From Chloroflexota bacterium (GTDB lineage: Bacteria > Chloroflexota > UBA11872 > VXOZ01): DNA of 64,000 bases. The DNA lies in the NCBI GenBank assembly GCA_963662335.2, contig CAXXVD010000001.1:192001-256000 (forward strand). Reading direction: 5' to 3'. Positions 28,494 to 39,786 of this stretch are shown one piece after another. The notes beneath the pieces are model-generated. The model did no database searches and was not told the DNA's origin. It saw only the letters and a list, made by a program, of their open reading frames with translations. Each line of letters opens with the position of its first letter. Position 1 is the first letter of the stretch. The position numbers were made by a program, and so were the translations under genes.

Positions 28494-28794
28494 TTGCTAG
28501 TTGCAATCTCCCCGCGCGCCGCAACCCAGTCGCGCTCACGCCCATGGCAGCAACACACTATGTCACCACTATCATACCACACACTGGGGAAGATTGCTAC
28601 GTGTCAAGATGGTAAGTACTGGATAATCGACCGCAATTCGGCGCCAGGCGCCGGCCGCCGCGCGAACCCTGGCGTTGCCGGGGCGGCATCTCCTGACTCT
28701 CGGCACGCTGGTCGCCAAGCTGTGATATGCTCACAGTGAACGCGGCTTGACCCGTCAATTGCGTTGGCACTGCGCGCGGATACGGAGAGAGACG

Positions 28795-29784
28795 ATGATT
28801 ACACTGGGCGTAATCGGCTGCGGCAATATGGCGCGGAACCACATGCGCAACGCGGTGGGCATGGACGGCCTCCGCCTGCACGGCTACGCGGATCTCTTCC
28901 CTGACTCTGCTAACGGGTTCCTTCATGAGTTTGGCGGCGCGTACGCCACCGCCGACCCGAGCAAAGTGCTGGCGGACGACGCCATCGACGCCGTGCTCAT
29001 TGCCACGCACCACGACACCCACGTATCGCTCGGCATAGCGGCGGCGGCGGCGGGCAAGCACATCCTCATGGAAAAGCCGCTCTCCATGACCGTGCCCCAG
29101 TGCGACGCCGTGGTAGAGGCGGTGGAAAAGGCCGGCGTGCGCCTGATGACGGGCTTCAAATTGCGTTTTGCGCCACTCATCCAGGAGACCAGGCGGCTCG
29201 TGCCGGAACCGTTTCTGTTGGTGGGACAGATGCTGTGCAACCGCTGGCCGGACACGAGTTGGGCGGCCGATCCGGTCACGGGCGGCGGCAATATCCTCTC
29301 CCAAGGATGTCATACGTTCGACTTGGTCTGCTACCTGGCCGGTTCCGAGCCGGTGGAGGTCTTTGCCGCCGGCGGCAACTACACCCACGAGAACAAGACC
29401 TACCCCGACAACATGGCTGGCACCATTCGCTTTGCCAGCGGGGCGGCCGCCAGCGTCATCCAGGGCGACGCGGCCGACAGCCAGGCGGTCTCTAAGTTCT
29501 TCTTCGAGGTCTTCGCAGACGGCACGAGCGTCCAACTCTACGACCGCCTCCACCGCGCTACGGTCTCCGGCGCGAACGTCGCCGACCCCGGCGAACGCCA
29601 TGCCCCTGAAGACGCCGACCCGGAAGGACTCCAGCAAGAACTCGCCGAATTCGTCCACGGCCTGAACACCGGCGCGCCCTGGCGCATCGGCGCCGACCAC
29701 CACGCAGGACACCGCGCAACGGCCCTGGCCCACGCCTTCTTTGCAGCCATCGAGACCGGGCAACCGCAGCAACTCTCGCCGTAG
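28795..29784 (+). CDS. Gfo/Idh/MocA oxidoreductase
   Basis: GVIGCGNMA, HILMEKP, GFKLRF, GGGNILSQGCH. Confidence 0.88.
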   Translation: MITLGVIGCGNMARNHMRNAVGMDGLRLHGYADLFPDSANGFLHEFGGAYATADPSKVLADDAIDAVLIATHHDTHVSLGIAAAAAGKHILMEKPLSMTVPQCDAVVEAVEKAGVRLMTGFKLRFAPLIQETRRLVPEPFLLVGQMLCNRWPDTSWAADPVTGGGNILSQGCHTFDLVCYLAGSEPVEVFAAGGNYTHENKTYPDNMAGTIRFASGAAASVIQGDAADSQAVSKFFFEVFADGTSVQLYDRLHRATVSGANVADPGERHAPEDADPEGLQQELAEFVHGLNTGAPWRIGADHHAGHRATALAHAFFAAIETGQPQQLSP

Positions 29785-29859
29785 GCGCATTGTGCGCGCC
29801 CTCGCGACGGTCGCATGGCGCCAATGGTATAGAGATGTCGGCCATGCTTGCGGTCGCGC

Positions 29860-30570
29860 TTACTCCGGGGGAAGTGCGCCCACCACTGCTTCCACTCTGG
29901 CAAGCACCGCCGCCGCTTCCTGCGCCAGCGTGAGACGGCCGCTATCAAGCACGATGGCGTCGGGAGGCTGGGTCAGTGGGGCCGCGGCGCGGCTGCTGTC
30001 AATGCGGTCGCGGGCCGCCAAGGTCTGTGCCACGGCTGCTTGCGAAAGGTCCGTTCCCCTGGCCGCGAGTTCCTGCCGGCGGCGCTGAGCGCGGGTTTCC
30101 AAGTCGGCGACAAGGAAGACCTTGACCTCGGCTTGCGGGCAGACTACGGTGCCGATGTCGCGTCCCGCCATTACCACGCCCTTTTGGCGGGCCAGGCGCT
30201 GCTGGGCGGGAAGCAGGGCGGCGCGGGCTTCCGGTTGCGCGGACACCTGGGAAACGTGGGCGTCGACGGCGGGAGCGCGGACTATCCACGTGACGTCTTC
30301 TGCGCCAAGCAGGAGGGTGAACTGCCGGCCGTCGGCGGCCGTGGGCGGCCGGAATCTGATTGCCAGCGTGCGCGCCAGCGCCGCCAGGGCCGGCCCATCC
30401 TCCACCGACACCGGCGCGCGCAAGGCGGCCAGGGTCAAAACGCGGTAGAACGCGCCGGTATCGACGAAGAGGTAGCCGAGCCGGTCGGCGAGCAGGCTGC
30501 CCAGCGCGCTCTTGCCGGAGCCGGCGGCGCCGTCGATGGCGATGGTGAGGCGCGGCTCAGGCGCGGTCAC
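29860..30570 (-). CDS. cmk: Cytidylate kinase
   Basis: IAIDGAAGSGKS, DTGAFYR, GRDIGTVVCP, RDRIDSSR. Confidence 0.93.
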   Translation of the reverse strand: MTAPEPRLTIAIDGAAGSGKSALGSLLADRLGYLFVDTGAFYRVLTLAALRAPVSVEDGPALAALARTLAIRFRPPTAADGRQFTLLLGAEDVTWIVRAPAVDAHVSQVSAQPEARAALLPAQQRLARQKGVVMAGRDIGTVVCPQAEVKVFLVADLETRAQRRRQELAARGTDLSQAAVAQTLAARDRIDSSRAAAPLTQPPDAIVLDSGRLTLAQEAAAVLARVEAVVGALPPE

Positions 30571-31564
30571 GGTTGGTCTCACAGTCGGGATTCCCGGTCG
30601 GCTGTCCCGGCTGAGTCCCGCGAATGTCTGTCCGCCCGAAGTCCGTCCTCACTAAGTCCGGCCGCGGGAAATCCGTTCGCTCGATTTCCGTCCGCTCGAA
30701 TCCCGTTCGTGCTGAGCCTGTCGAAGCGCGCTCCGTCGGTTGCGCGACCGTTCCGGAATGACAGCCCGCGCGGCCATCCGCCCGAGCGCCGCATTCCGTA
30801 GTCCGCGCCGACGGCGGGGACGCTTCGCCCTCGATGGTCGGCACATTAGTTGTCTCCCGCCAATGCGCAATCTCGGCTGCCGTAAGGGGGCGCTGCTTGC
30901 CCGGCGCAAGGTTGCCGAGGCGTGCCGGGCCGATCCGGACGCGGATCAGGCGCGCGGCGCGCTTGCCGATTGCCGCCAGCATGTGGCGAATCTGCCGCTT
31001 GCGTCCCTCAGTGAGGGTCATGGCGAGCCAGGTGTACCCGTTCTGCTCGCGGCCCACCACCGCAACCGTGACCGGATTGAGCCGGTAGCCGTCAATGCTC
31101 ATTGGCGCTTGCAGCGTCTTGCGCTGCTGGGCGGTGAGCGCGCCGCTCACCAGCACCGCGTACTCCTTTTCGCCGCCGTAGCGGGGATGCGCCACCCGCT
31201 GCGCCCACGCGCCGTCGTCGGTGAAGAAGAGCAGCCCTTCGCTTTGGGCGTCCAGGCGGCCCACCGGAACCAAATGCGCGCAGTCCGGGGGCAGGAGGTC
31301 GTACACGGTGGGGCGGCCATGCGGATCATGGCGGGTGGTGAGATAGCCGCCCGGCTTGTGCAGGGCCAGGTAGGTGCGGCCCGGTCGGGGCGCAATTGCT
31401 TTGCCGTCCAGGGCTACCCGGTCGCGCGCCGGGTCAACTTTCGTACCCAGCACGGTGACCGTCTCCCCATTCACGGCTACGCGGCCTTGAACGATCAAGT
31501 CTTCCGCCCGGCGGCGGGAGGCCGCGCCGCAACGAGCCAGGTACTTTTGCAGTCGCTCTTGCAT
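30557..31564 (-). CDS. rluB: RluB/RsuA-family pseudouridine synthase with repeat-derived C-terminal tail
   Basis: ERLQKYLA..G..SRR S4 domain, HKP, VGRLD, KEY, EGRKRQIR, RLIRVRIG. Confidence 0.88.
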   Translation of the reverse strand: MQERLQKYLARCGAASRRRAEDLIVQGRVAVNGETVTVLGTKVDPARDRVALDGKAIAPRPGRTYLALHKPGGYLTTRHDPHGRPTVYDLLPPDCAHLVPVGRLDAQSEGLLFFTDDGAWAQRVAHPRYGGEKEYAVLVSGALTAQQRKTLQAPMSIDGYRLNPVTVAVVGREQNGYTWLAMTLTEGRKRQIRHMLAAIGKRAARLIRVRIGPARLGNLAPGKQRPLTAAEIAHWRETTNVPTIEGEASPPSARTTECGARADGRAGCHSGTVAQPTERASTGSARTGFERTEIERTDFPRPDLVRTDFGRTDIRGTQPGQPTGNPDCETNRDRA

Positions 31565-31691
31565 GGGACTAAGTATACCGCGTAGTTCGTGAGGCGCTCT
31601 CCGCGTTGACAGCGCACACAGCCGCGTGCTACGTTCTGCCAGTCAGCTTTGCACGAGAATGCACGCTACGCAACCGTTAGAGAGGACTCTG

Positions 31692-32492
31692 ATGAAGGTA
31701 CACCTTGGGTGCTTCAGCCGGCCGTGGACCAAGTATGCGTTGGAAGTCTCCATGGAGGGCACGGCGCAGGCGGGCTTCCAGTACTTTGGCTTCATGACGG
31801 CGGGGGACGGTTTGCCGTTGCCGCCCAACGCATCGCAAGAACAGGTGAATAACCTCGCTGGATTGCTTGAGAAGTACAATCTCAAGAACCTGGAGAACTA
31901 CACGAGCATCCCCTGGGGCGATGAAGCCGTGGCGCGCGCGGCGTTGCACAGCTACGTGGACAACAGCCACACGCTGGGCGCAACCTTCATGCACAACAGC
32001 GGCACCAACGACGAGGCGCTCTACGATCAGTTCCTGGAACTCATGGAAGAGGCGGCCGAATACGCCAAGAGCAAGGGCATCGTGGTGATGATGAAGCCCC
32101 ACGGCGGCGTGACAGCCACGGCGCGCGGGCTGGTGGCGCTGATGCAGCGCATTAGCTCCGACAACTTGAAGGTCTTCTACGATCCCGGCAACGTGCTCTT
32201 CTACACCGGCGAGCGGCCGGAGGATGACTTTGAGGAACTCGCGCCGTACGTGGCGGGGATGTCCATCAAGGACGAGACCGGCGGCGTGCAAGGCTCCGTG
32301 GACGTGACGCCCGGCGACGGCGACGTGGATTTCCGGGCGCTCTTCACGATATTGCGCGACCACGACTTCGACGGTCCCTGCATGATCGAGCAACTCGGCG
32401 AAGGCGCCATCGAAGAGGTGCACCATGAGGCCGTGCGGGCGCGCAACTACCTGCATGATCTGCTGGACGAACTCGGCGCGGACGTGGACTAG
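31692..32492 (+). CDS. Sugar phosphate isomerase/epimerase (AP endonuclease 2 fold)
   Basis: MKPHGG, YDPGN, IKD, PGDGDVDF, FDGPCMIE. Confidence 0.8.
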   Translation: MKVHLGCFSRPWTKYALEVSMEGTAQAGFQYFGFMTAGDGLPLPPNASQEQVNNLAGLLEKYNLKNLENYTSIPWGDEAVARAALHSYVDNSHTLGATFMHNSGTNDEALYDQFLELMEEAAEYAKSKGIVVMMKPHGGVTATARGLVALMQRISSDNLKVFYDPGNVLFYTGERPEDDFEELAPYVAGMSIKDETGGVQGSVDVTPGDGDVDFRALFTILRDHDFDGPCMIEQLGEGAIEEVHHEAVRARNYLHDLLDELGADVD

Positions 32493-32566
32493 CGGCGGTC
32501 TTTTGGCCGTAGTTCGGTACGAACGCTAACACCTAGAAGAAGAATGCGAAGGGAGAAGCGGGAAGC

Positions 32567-33295
32567 GTGGGAAGACTGGACAACACGGTGGCCGTCATCG
32601 GCGGCGCGAGCAGCGGCATGGGCGCGGCCACGGCGCGGCTCTTTGCCCAAGAGGGAGCGACAGTGGTCGTGGCGGCGCGCAGCGGTGAAAAGCTGGCGTC
32701 GCTGGTGGACGAGATTACCCGGAACGGCGGCACGGCCCGCGCAGTGCCGGTGGACGCGACCGACCGCGCGGCCGTAGACGCCATGGCCGCAAGCGCCCGT
32801 GAGCAGTTCGGCACAATCGACGTCTTGGTCAACAGCGTGGGCACGAACATCAAGAACCGCGCCTTCACCGAGATGCGGCCGGCGGACTGGGACATGATGA
32901 TCGCGCATAACCTCACCGTAGCCTACAATCTCGTGGACGCGGTCTTGCCCATCATGCGCGAACAGGGCGCGGGCACGATCATCCACTACTCGTCGGACGC
33001 CGTGCAGAAGCCCAACGTGGTCTCCGGCGTCGCCTACCAGGCCACCAAGCACGGCGTGCGCGGCCTGGCCCACGGCACGATGATGGAAGAACGGGAGCGC
33101 GGCATCCGCGTTTCGGTGGTCTATCCCGGCCCGTGCGAAACGCCGCTGCTGGAGAAGCGGCCGGAACCGCCGCCACCGGAAGCCTTTCCCAAGATGCTGC
33201 AACCGGAAGACGTAGCGGCGGCGGCGCTCTTCATTGCCTCGCTGCCGCCGCGCGCCTACGTGCCGGAATTGGTGCTGGCGGCGAGCCTCATGTAG
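32567..33295 (+). CDS. Short-chain dehydrogenase/reductase
   Basis: GASSGMG, DVLVNSVG, YQATK, YPG. Confidence 0.9.
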   Translation: MGRLDNTVAVIGGASSGMGAATARLFAQEGATVVVAARSGEKLASLVDEITRNGGTARAVPVDATDRAAVDAMAASAREQFGTIDVLVNSVGTNIKNRAFTEMRPADWDMMIAHNLTVAYNLVDAVLPIMREQGAGTIIHYSSDAVQKPNVVSGVAYQATKHGVRGLAHGTMMEERERGIRVSVVYPGPCETPLLEKRPEPPPPEAFPKMLQPEDVAAAALFIASLPPRAYVPELVLAASLM

Positions 33296-33374
33296 CGCGC
33301 CCGTGAATGCCTGTGTCAGTGTGCACGTCCGGGGCTAGCCGTAGACTCTTGAATTCCTCTGCTCAACGCGCCCA

Positions 33375-34376
33375 ATGACCGCATCCGAAGCGCCCGCAGC
33401 CCTTGTCGCGATCGCCGGCTCCACCGCCGTAGGCAAGACGGCGCTTGCCGTCGCGCTGGCGGCGGAATTCAATGCGGAGATCGTCAGCGCCGACTCGCGC
33501 CAGGTCTACCGCGGCCTGGACATCGGCACGGCCAAGCCAACGATTGCGGAACGGGCGCGGGTCCCGCATCACGTCGTGGACGCCATTGCCGCTGACGACG
33601 CCTCTTTCTCGGTGGCGGTTTGGCGCGAGCGCGCGGAGAGCGCAAGGCAAGACATCCTAGCGCGGGGCAAGCGTCCGTGGCTGGTGGGCGGCGCCGGCTT
33701 CTACGTGCAGTCGCTCGTGGACGTACTGGCGCTACCCAACGTGCCGCCGCAGCCGGAATTGCGCGCCGAACTCAACGACACGCTCGCGCAAGAGGGCATT
33801 GACGCGCTGTTTGCGCGGTTGCAACGCTTGGATCCGTTGGCGGCGGCGCGCATCGACCGGCGCAATCCCCGGCGGCTCATCCGGGCCTTGGAAGTCTGCA
33901 TCGTCTCCGGCAAGCCGTTCTCCGCGCAGGGCGGACGGCGTCCGCCGCCGTATCCGGTCTTGCAGATCGGTCTGCATACCGACCGCGACGCGCTCTACCG
34001 GCGCATCGACCGGCGGGTTGACCGCATGCTCGCGAACGGCTTCTTGACGGAAGTCGAAAATCTGCTCGCTCGGGGCCTCACTACGGACTTGCCGAGTATG
34101 CAGAGCGCCGGCTACCGCCAGCTTGCCGCCTACTTGCAAGGGTCATGCACGTTGGCGGAGGCTATCCAACAGACGAAGTACGCCACCCACCAGCTTGCCA
34201 AACGCCAAGAAACTTGGTTCCGCAAGCAAAAGGGCATACAATGGATAGAGATAGGGCCTCACGCGGTGGCCTTGGCGCGGGAGCGAATTGAACGCTTCTA
34301 CGCGCTGTGTGCGTCGAGAACCGAATTGAGTTTGAAAAAGGGAGCTGCGAACGATGGCGGTGAGAGATACGCATAG
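33375..34376 (+). CDS. miaA: tRNA dimethylallyltransferase
   Basis: GSTAVGKT, SADSRQVYRGLDIGTAKP, VGGAGFY, RRLIRALEV, AKRQETWFR. Confidence 0.95.
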   Translation: MTASEAPAALVAIAGSTAVGKTALAVALAAEFNAEIVSADSRQVYRGLDIGTAKPTIAERARVPHHVVDAIAADDASFSVAVWRERAESARQDILARGKRPWLVGGAGFYVQSLVDVLALPNVPPQPELRAELNDTLAQEGIDALFARLQRLDPLAAARIDRRNPRRLIRALEVCIVSGKPFSAQGGRRPPPYPVLQIGLHTDRDALYRRIDRRVDRMLANGFLTEVENLLARGLTTDLPSMQSAGYRQLAAYLQGSCTLAEAIQQTKYATHQLAKRQETWFRKQKGIQWIEIGPHAVALARERIERFYALCASRTELSLKKGAANDGGERYA

Positions 34377-34647
34377 GGCGTTCGAGCGGCTCACCAGCGC
34401 GGGCTGCAGTAAGGAGTTGACTGAAGCCTTGCTGGAAATCCTGGGTGATTCTTGGGATACGGTAGCCACCAAGGCGGATATAGCCGACATGGCGACCAAG
34501 GCGGACATTGCCGACACGGCTTCAAAGTCCGACCTGCGCGAACTAGAGTCCCGCTTGGAACTGCGCCTTACACTACGCTTTGGCGTCATGTTGGCGGCCG
34601 CCGTTAGCGTGTTGATCGCGGTGCTGCTGGTGCTGGAACTTGTGTGA
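34354..34647 (+). CDS. DUF1640/CCDC90-like coiled-coil membrane-anchored protein
   Basis: DTH..FERL..AG head, ATKADIADM/ATKADIADT/ASKSDL repeats, C-terminal TM helix. Confidence 0.7.
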   Translation: MAVRDTHRAFERLTSAGCSKELTEALLEILGDSWDTVATKADIADMATKADIADTASKSDLRELESRLELRLTLRFGVMLAAAVSVLIAVLLVLELV

Positions 34648-34733
34648 CCGCGGTAGCAGGATACGCGCGCAACAAACCGCCTGCGACATGGGCGCGCCGA
34701 TTCGGAGCGATGTTGGTGAACAGGGAGCACACG

Positions 34734-35582
<849 letters not shown>

Positions 35583-35584
35583 GC

Positions 35585-35920
35585 ATGTCCGAAAACACCA
35601 AGCGCGCACTGCTCGTCATCGCAGCGCTCCTGCTCGGCATCGTCTCCATCGCCCCGTTTGGCAGGCTCAACCGCAGCGAACGGGCCGGCGTCTTAGCCGC
35701 GGTGGCTACCGCCATTGTGGGTCTGGTGGCGTTCACGCGCCGCGAGACCGAAGGCGAACTGCTGGGCATCCCCTATAGCTTCAGCCCGCCCACCCTGGAG
35801 CGCCTGAAGCGGCGCCTCTGGAACGCCGAGGACCCGCGCGTCTTTACGCCCCACATCTTCGGCTGGGGCTGGAGCATAAACTTCTACCAGATTGGGAAGC
35901 GCCTCGGCCTCATCGGCTAA
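35585..35920 (+). CDS. Small membrane protein with DUF5808-like motif
   Basis: Two TM helices followed by GIPY.F.PPT...WN.EDPRVFTPH.FGWGWSINF. Confidence 0.65.
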   Translation: MSENTKRALLVIAALLLGIVSIAPFGRLNRSERAGVLAAVATAIVGLVAFTRRETEGELLGIPYSFSPPTLERLKRRLWNAEDPRVFTPHIFGWGWSINFYQIGKRLGLIG

Positions 35921-35972
35921 CTCTACGTTCTCCAATTCGTCGCAACCGGCTTCGCAGTAAGAGTCATCGCAC

Positions 35973-38039
35973 ATGGGTTTGCTCGTTGGCGTGGACATTG
36001 GCGGCACGTTCACGGACGTGGTCGTGCTCGATGAGGCGCGCCGCCACCTCCAGATCGGCAAGGTTGCCACGACGCCCGACGATCAATCGCTCGGCTTCAT
36101 CGGCGCCTTGGACGGCATGAGCGTCTCGTACGCCGACGTGGACCTCGTTACCCACGGCACCACCGTTGCCACCAACGCCGTGCTGGAACGGGACGGCGGC
36201 CGCTGCGGCCTGATCGCCACGCGGGGCTTCCGGGACATTCTGGAGTTGCGCCGCCGCGACCGTCCCCACATGTACGGCCTTACCGGGTCGTTCGAGCCGC
36301 TGATTCCCCGCGACCGCCGCCTGGAGGTGACCGAGCGCATTGCCGCCGAAGGAGCCGTGTTAACTCCCTTGCAAGAAGAAGAGGTGTTGGCAGCGGGCAA
36401 GCTGCTGGTAGCGCAGTGGGTCGAGGCGATCGTCGTCAGCTTCATGAATGCCTACGCCAATCCCGCGCACGAACTGCGCGCCAAGGAGATCTTGCAAGCC
36501 GAGTGGCCGCATCTCTACGTGGTGACGTCCAGCGAGACGCTGCCGGTCTACCGCGAGTTCGAGCGCACGAGCACGGCGGTGGTGAACGCCTACGTGCAGC
36601 CGAACGTGGGCGAATACCTGGAACAACTGGAGGAGCGCCTCCAAGCGCGGGGCTACGGCAGCGACCTCTTCATCATGCAGTCGAACGGCGGCATGATGTC
36701 CGCCGCGACGGTGCGCAACTTGCCGCTCAACACCGTGCTTTCCGGCCCCGCGGCCGGGGTAATTGCCGCTACCCGCATCGCCGCTGAGGACGGATTTTCC
36801 AACCTGATTACGTACGACATGGGCGGCACCAGCCTGGACGTCTCGCTGGTGCAGGACGGCAAGCCCCTGCCGTCGAGCGGCATGGACCTGGAGTTCGGCA
36901 TTCCCCTCATGGTCTCGATGATTGACATTCACACGATCGGCGCCGGCGGCGGCAGCATCGCGCGCGTTGACCCCGGCGGACTGCTGCAAGTGGGGCCGCA
37001 AAGCGCGGGCGCGGACCCGGGGCCGGTTTGCTACGGCAAGGACGGCACGGCGCCGACGCTGACCGACGCCAACCTGATACTCGGCAGAATCAACCCCAAC
37101 TATCCGATCGCCGGGGTCGCGGGCGCGGCATTCGACGTTGCCAGCGCGCGCTCCGTGGTAGCGGAGACTATCGGCAAGCAGCTGGGACTCGCCACCGAGC
37201 AGGCGGCGCAAGCCATCGTGACGGTGGCGAACAACCGCATTGCGGGCAGCCTGCGCCGGGTTTCTATCGACAAAGGCCACGACCCCCGCGATTTCGCGCT
37301 CTTCTCCTTTGGCGGCAGCGGCCCGTTGCACGTAGGCTATCTCTTGCGGGAACTGAGCATCGGCCGGGGCATCGTGCCGTACTATCCGGGGATTGCCTCG
37401 GCGTGGGGCTGCGTGATTGCCGACCGCCGGCACGACTTCGTGACGATGCAGAATCGCCTGCTTAGCGAGTTAGACGTGGCTGAAGTGGAACGCGCGTTCG
37501 CCGAGCATCTGGCGGCAGGTGAGGAGATGCTCGCCGGGGAGAACGTGCCGCTGGCGCGCGTCAGCGTCATCCGCGAAGCAGACATCGCCTACGAGGGGCA
37601 GACCCACGTCATTCGCACGGCCCTGCCGGCGGGCGCACTCAGCCGCGAGACCATCGCCGCCAGTTTTCGCAGCGCCTACCTCCAGCACTATGGGCGCGTC
37701 GAAGAAGGATTTGGCGGTTTGGAGGAATTGCTCGCCCAGATTCCGATCCGGCTGCTCAACCTGCGCACGGCCGTTATCGGCGTCCGCGCCGACGTGCGGT
37801 TGAAGGACTTCGTGCACGCGCCGGAGACCACGTTGGCGGAGGCGCGCAAAGAGGAGCGTTCCGTATACGTTGACGATGGGTTCGTGACGTGTCCGGTCTA
37901 CGACCGCACCAAACTGCCGTGGGACACGGCGCTTGCCGGTCCGGCCCTCATCGAGCAGCCGGACACCACAATCTGGCTGGAGCCCGGTTGCGGCGCAACG
38001 GTCGCCCCGGGCGGCAGTTTGCTGCTGGAGGTGACGTAA
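35973..38039 (+). CDS. Hydantoinase A/5-oxoprolinase subunit
   Basis: GVDIGGTFTD, HGTTVATNA, REFERTST, SGPAAG, DMGGTS, GAGGGSIA, SAGADPGP. Confidence 0.92.
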   Translation: MGLLVGVDIGGTFTDVVVLDEARRHLQIGKVATTPDDQSLGFIGALDGMSVSYADVDLVTHGTTVATNAVLERDGGRCGLIATRGFRDILELRRRDRPHMYGLTGSFEPLIPRDRRLEVTERIAAEGAVLTPLQEEEVLAAGKLLVAQWVEAIVVSFMNAYANPAHELRAKEILQAEWPHLYVVTSSETLPVYREFERTSTAVVNAYVQPNVGEYLEQLEERLQARGYGSDLFIMQSNGGMMSAATVRNLPLNTVLSGPAAGVIAATRIAAEDGFSNLITYDMGGTSLDVSLVQDGKPLPSSGMDLEFGIPLMVSMIDIHTIGAGGGSIARVDPGGLLQVGPQSAGADPGPVCYGKDGTAPTLTDANLILGRINPNYPIAGVAGAAFDVASARSVVAETIGKQLGLATEQAAQAIVTVANNRIAGSLRRVSIDKGHDPRDFALFSFGGSGPLHVGYLLRELSIGRGIVPYYPGIASAWGCVIADRRHDFVTMQNRLLSELDVAEVERAFAEHLAAGEEMLAGENVPLARVSVIREADIAYEGQTHVIRTALPAGALSRETIAASFRSAYLQHYGRVEEGFGGLEELLAQIPIRLLNLRTAVIGVRADVRLKDFVHAPETTLAEARKEERSVYVDDGFVTCPVYDRTKLPWDTALAGPALIEQPDTTIWLEPGCGATVAPGGSLLLEVT

Positions 38040-38040
38040 G

Positions 38041-39786
38041 ATGTCCCTAGACCCCATTACGCTCGCGGTCATTCGCGGCGGCCTGGAGCAGATCGCCGAC
38101 GAGATGGACGCCACCCTGGAGCGCATGGCGTTTTCGCCGGTCATCTCTGACGGGTTCGACCGCGCCAGCGGCATCTACCACGTGCGCGACGGTGAGGTCA
38201 TCATGCAGGGGCCGCGCGGCCTGCCCAACTTCATCTGCGTGATGGAGTTCACCGTGCGCTCGGTAATCGAGCGCGTCGAGAATCCCACCGACGGCGACGT
38301 CTACATCGTCAACGATCCGTATCTGGGCGGCACCCACCTGATGGACGTAAAGATGGTGCGGCCCTTCTTCTACAAGGGGAAACTCACGGCGTTCCTGGCG
38401 AACAGCGGCCACTGGCCGGACATCGGTGGGCGCGTGCCGGGCGGCTTTTCGACGCGGGCAACGGAGATCTACCAGGAAGGCCTGCGCCTGCCGCCGGTGC
38501 GCATCATGGCCGGCGGCAAGCTGAACCAGGACGTGCTGGACATCATCCTCCATAACGTGCGCGTCTCCAGCGAGCGCCAGGGTGACATCATCGCCAAGAT
38601 CACCGCGCTCAACCTCGGCGCGGAACGGCTCACGAAATTGCTCGACCGCTACGGTGAAGCCACCGTCTTCGCAGCCGTCGATGAAATGAAGGCGCGCTCC
38701 GAGCAACTCATGCGCAGCCATATCGAGACCATCCCCGACGGCACGTACGAGTTTACCGATTACATTGACAGCGACGGCGTGGAGTGGGAGCCGCTGGCGC
38801 TGCGCCTGAAGCTGACCATCAGCGGCAGCGACGTGCACGTGGACTTTTCCGAGAGCAGCCCGCCCTGCCGGGGACCGCTGAACAGCGTCTTCAGCACCAC
38901 GTTGGCGGGCGTGTTCATTGCCTTCAAGCACATCTTTCCGGACGTGCCCATCAACGCGGGGTGCTTTGCGCCGATTGCGGTCGATATTCCGCCGACGACG
39001 TTTCTCCACGCCCAGCCGCCGCGGCCGGTGGCTGGCTGCGCCGCTGAAGTCTGCCAGCGCGTGATCGACGTGATGCTGGGCGCGTTGAGCCAGGCGATTC
39101 CGGATAATTCCTACGCCGCGCCCATGGGCACGGTCACGAATCTCTCGGTGGGCGGTGAGAATCCGGGCCGGGGATACTACGTCTTCTACTCGTTCATCGG
39201 CGGCGGCTACGGCGGCAATTTCGCCACCGACGGGCTCATCAACGGCAATCCCACCATCGCCGTGGCTCGCACCCAGGCGCTGGAAATCTTCGAGTTTCGC
39301 TATCCGGTGCTCTTCACGCGCTACGCCATCCGGGAAGGTTCGGGCGGCGCGGGCAAGCGGCGCGGCGGCTACGGCGTCATCTTCGAGTTTCAGATTCGGG
39401 ACGGTGACGCCAGCGCGTCGCTGCTGGGCGAACGCGGCCGGTTCGCGCCGTTCGGCATCCTGGGCGGTTCCTCAGCGCAATCGGCCGAGCACGTTTTCAC
39501 GCTGGCAGGAGAAGAATACCGCCCGGAACACGTCACGAAAGACGAGGGCGTGCACATGGAGCCGGGCGACGTGCTGAGCTTGCGGACGCCGGGCGGCGGG
39601 GGCTACGGCGATCCGTTCGCGCGGCCGGCGGCGCTGGTGCTCCAAGACGTGCGGCGCGGCTACTACGACCGCGCCACGGCGCTGCGCGAGTACGGCGTGC
39701 GCATCCAGCCGGATGCGTGGGTGGTGGACGAGGACTCTACGCGGGTGCTGCGCAGACGCAGCCGCGCACAAGAGTCGAGAGACTGA
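38041..39786 (+). CDS. Hydantoinase B/5-oxoprolinase subunit
   Basis: LDPITL, AFSPVI, NDPYLGGTHLMD, HWPDIGG, QEGLRLPP, TPGGGGYGDP. Confidence 0.92.
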   Translation: MSLDPITLAVIRGGLEQIADEMDATLERMAFSPVISDGFDRASGIYHVRDGEVIMQGPRGLPNFICVMEFTVRSVIERVENPTDGDVYIVNDPYLGGTHLMDVKMVRPFFYKGKLTAFLANSGHWPDIGGRVPGGFSTRATEIYQEGLRLPPVRIMAGGKLNQDVLDIILHNVRVSSERQGDIIAKITALNLGAERLTKLLDRYGEATVFAAVDEMKARSEQLMRSHIETIPDGTYEFTDYIDSDGVEWEPLALRLKLTISGSDVHVDFSESSPPCRGPLNSVFSTTLAGVFIAFKHIFPDVPINAGCFAPIAVDIPPTTFLHAQPPRPVAGCAAEVCQRVIDVMLGALSQAIPDNSYAAPMGTVTNLSVGGENPGRGYYVFYSFIGGGYGGNFATDGLINGNPTIAVARTQALEIFEFRYPVLFTRYAIREGSGGAGKRRGGYGVIFEFQIRDGDASASLLGERGRFAPFGILGGSSAQSAEHVFTLAGEEYRPEHVTKDEGVHMEPGDVLSLRTPGGGGYGDPFARPAALVLQDVRRGYYDRATALREYGVRIQPDAWVVDEDSTRVLRRRSRAQESRD

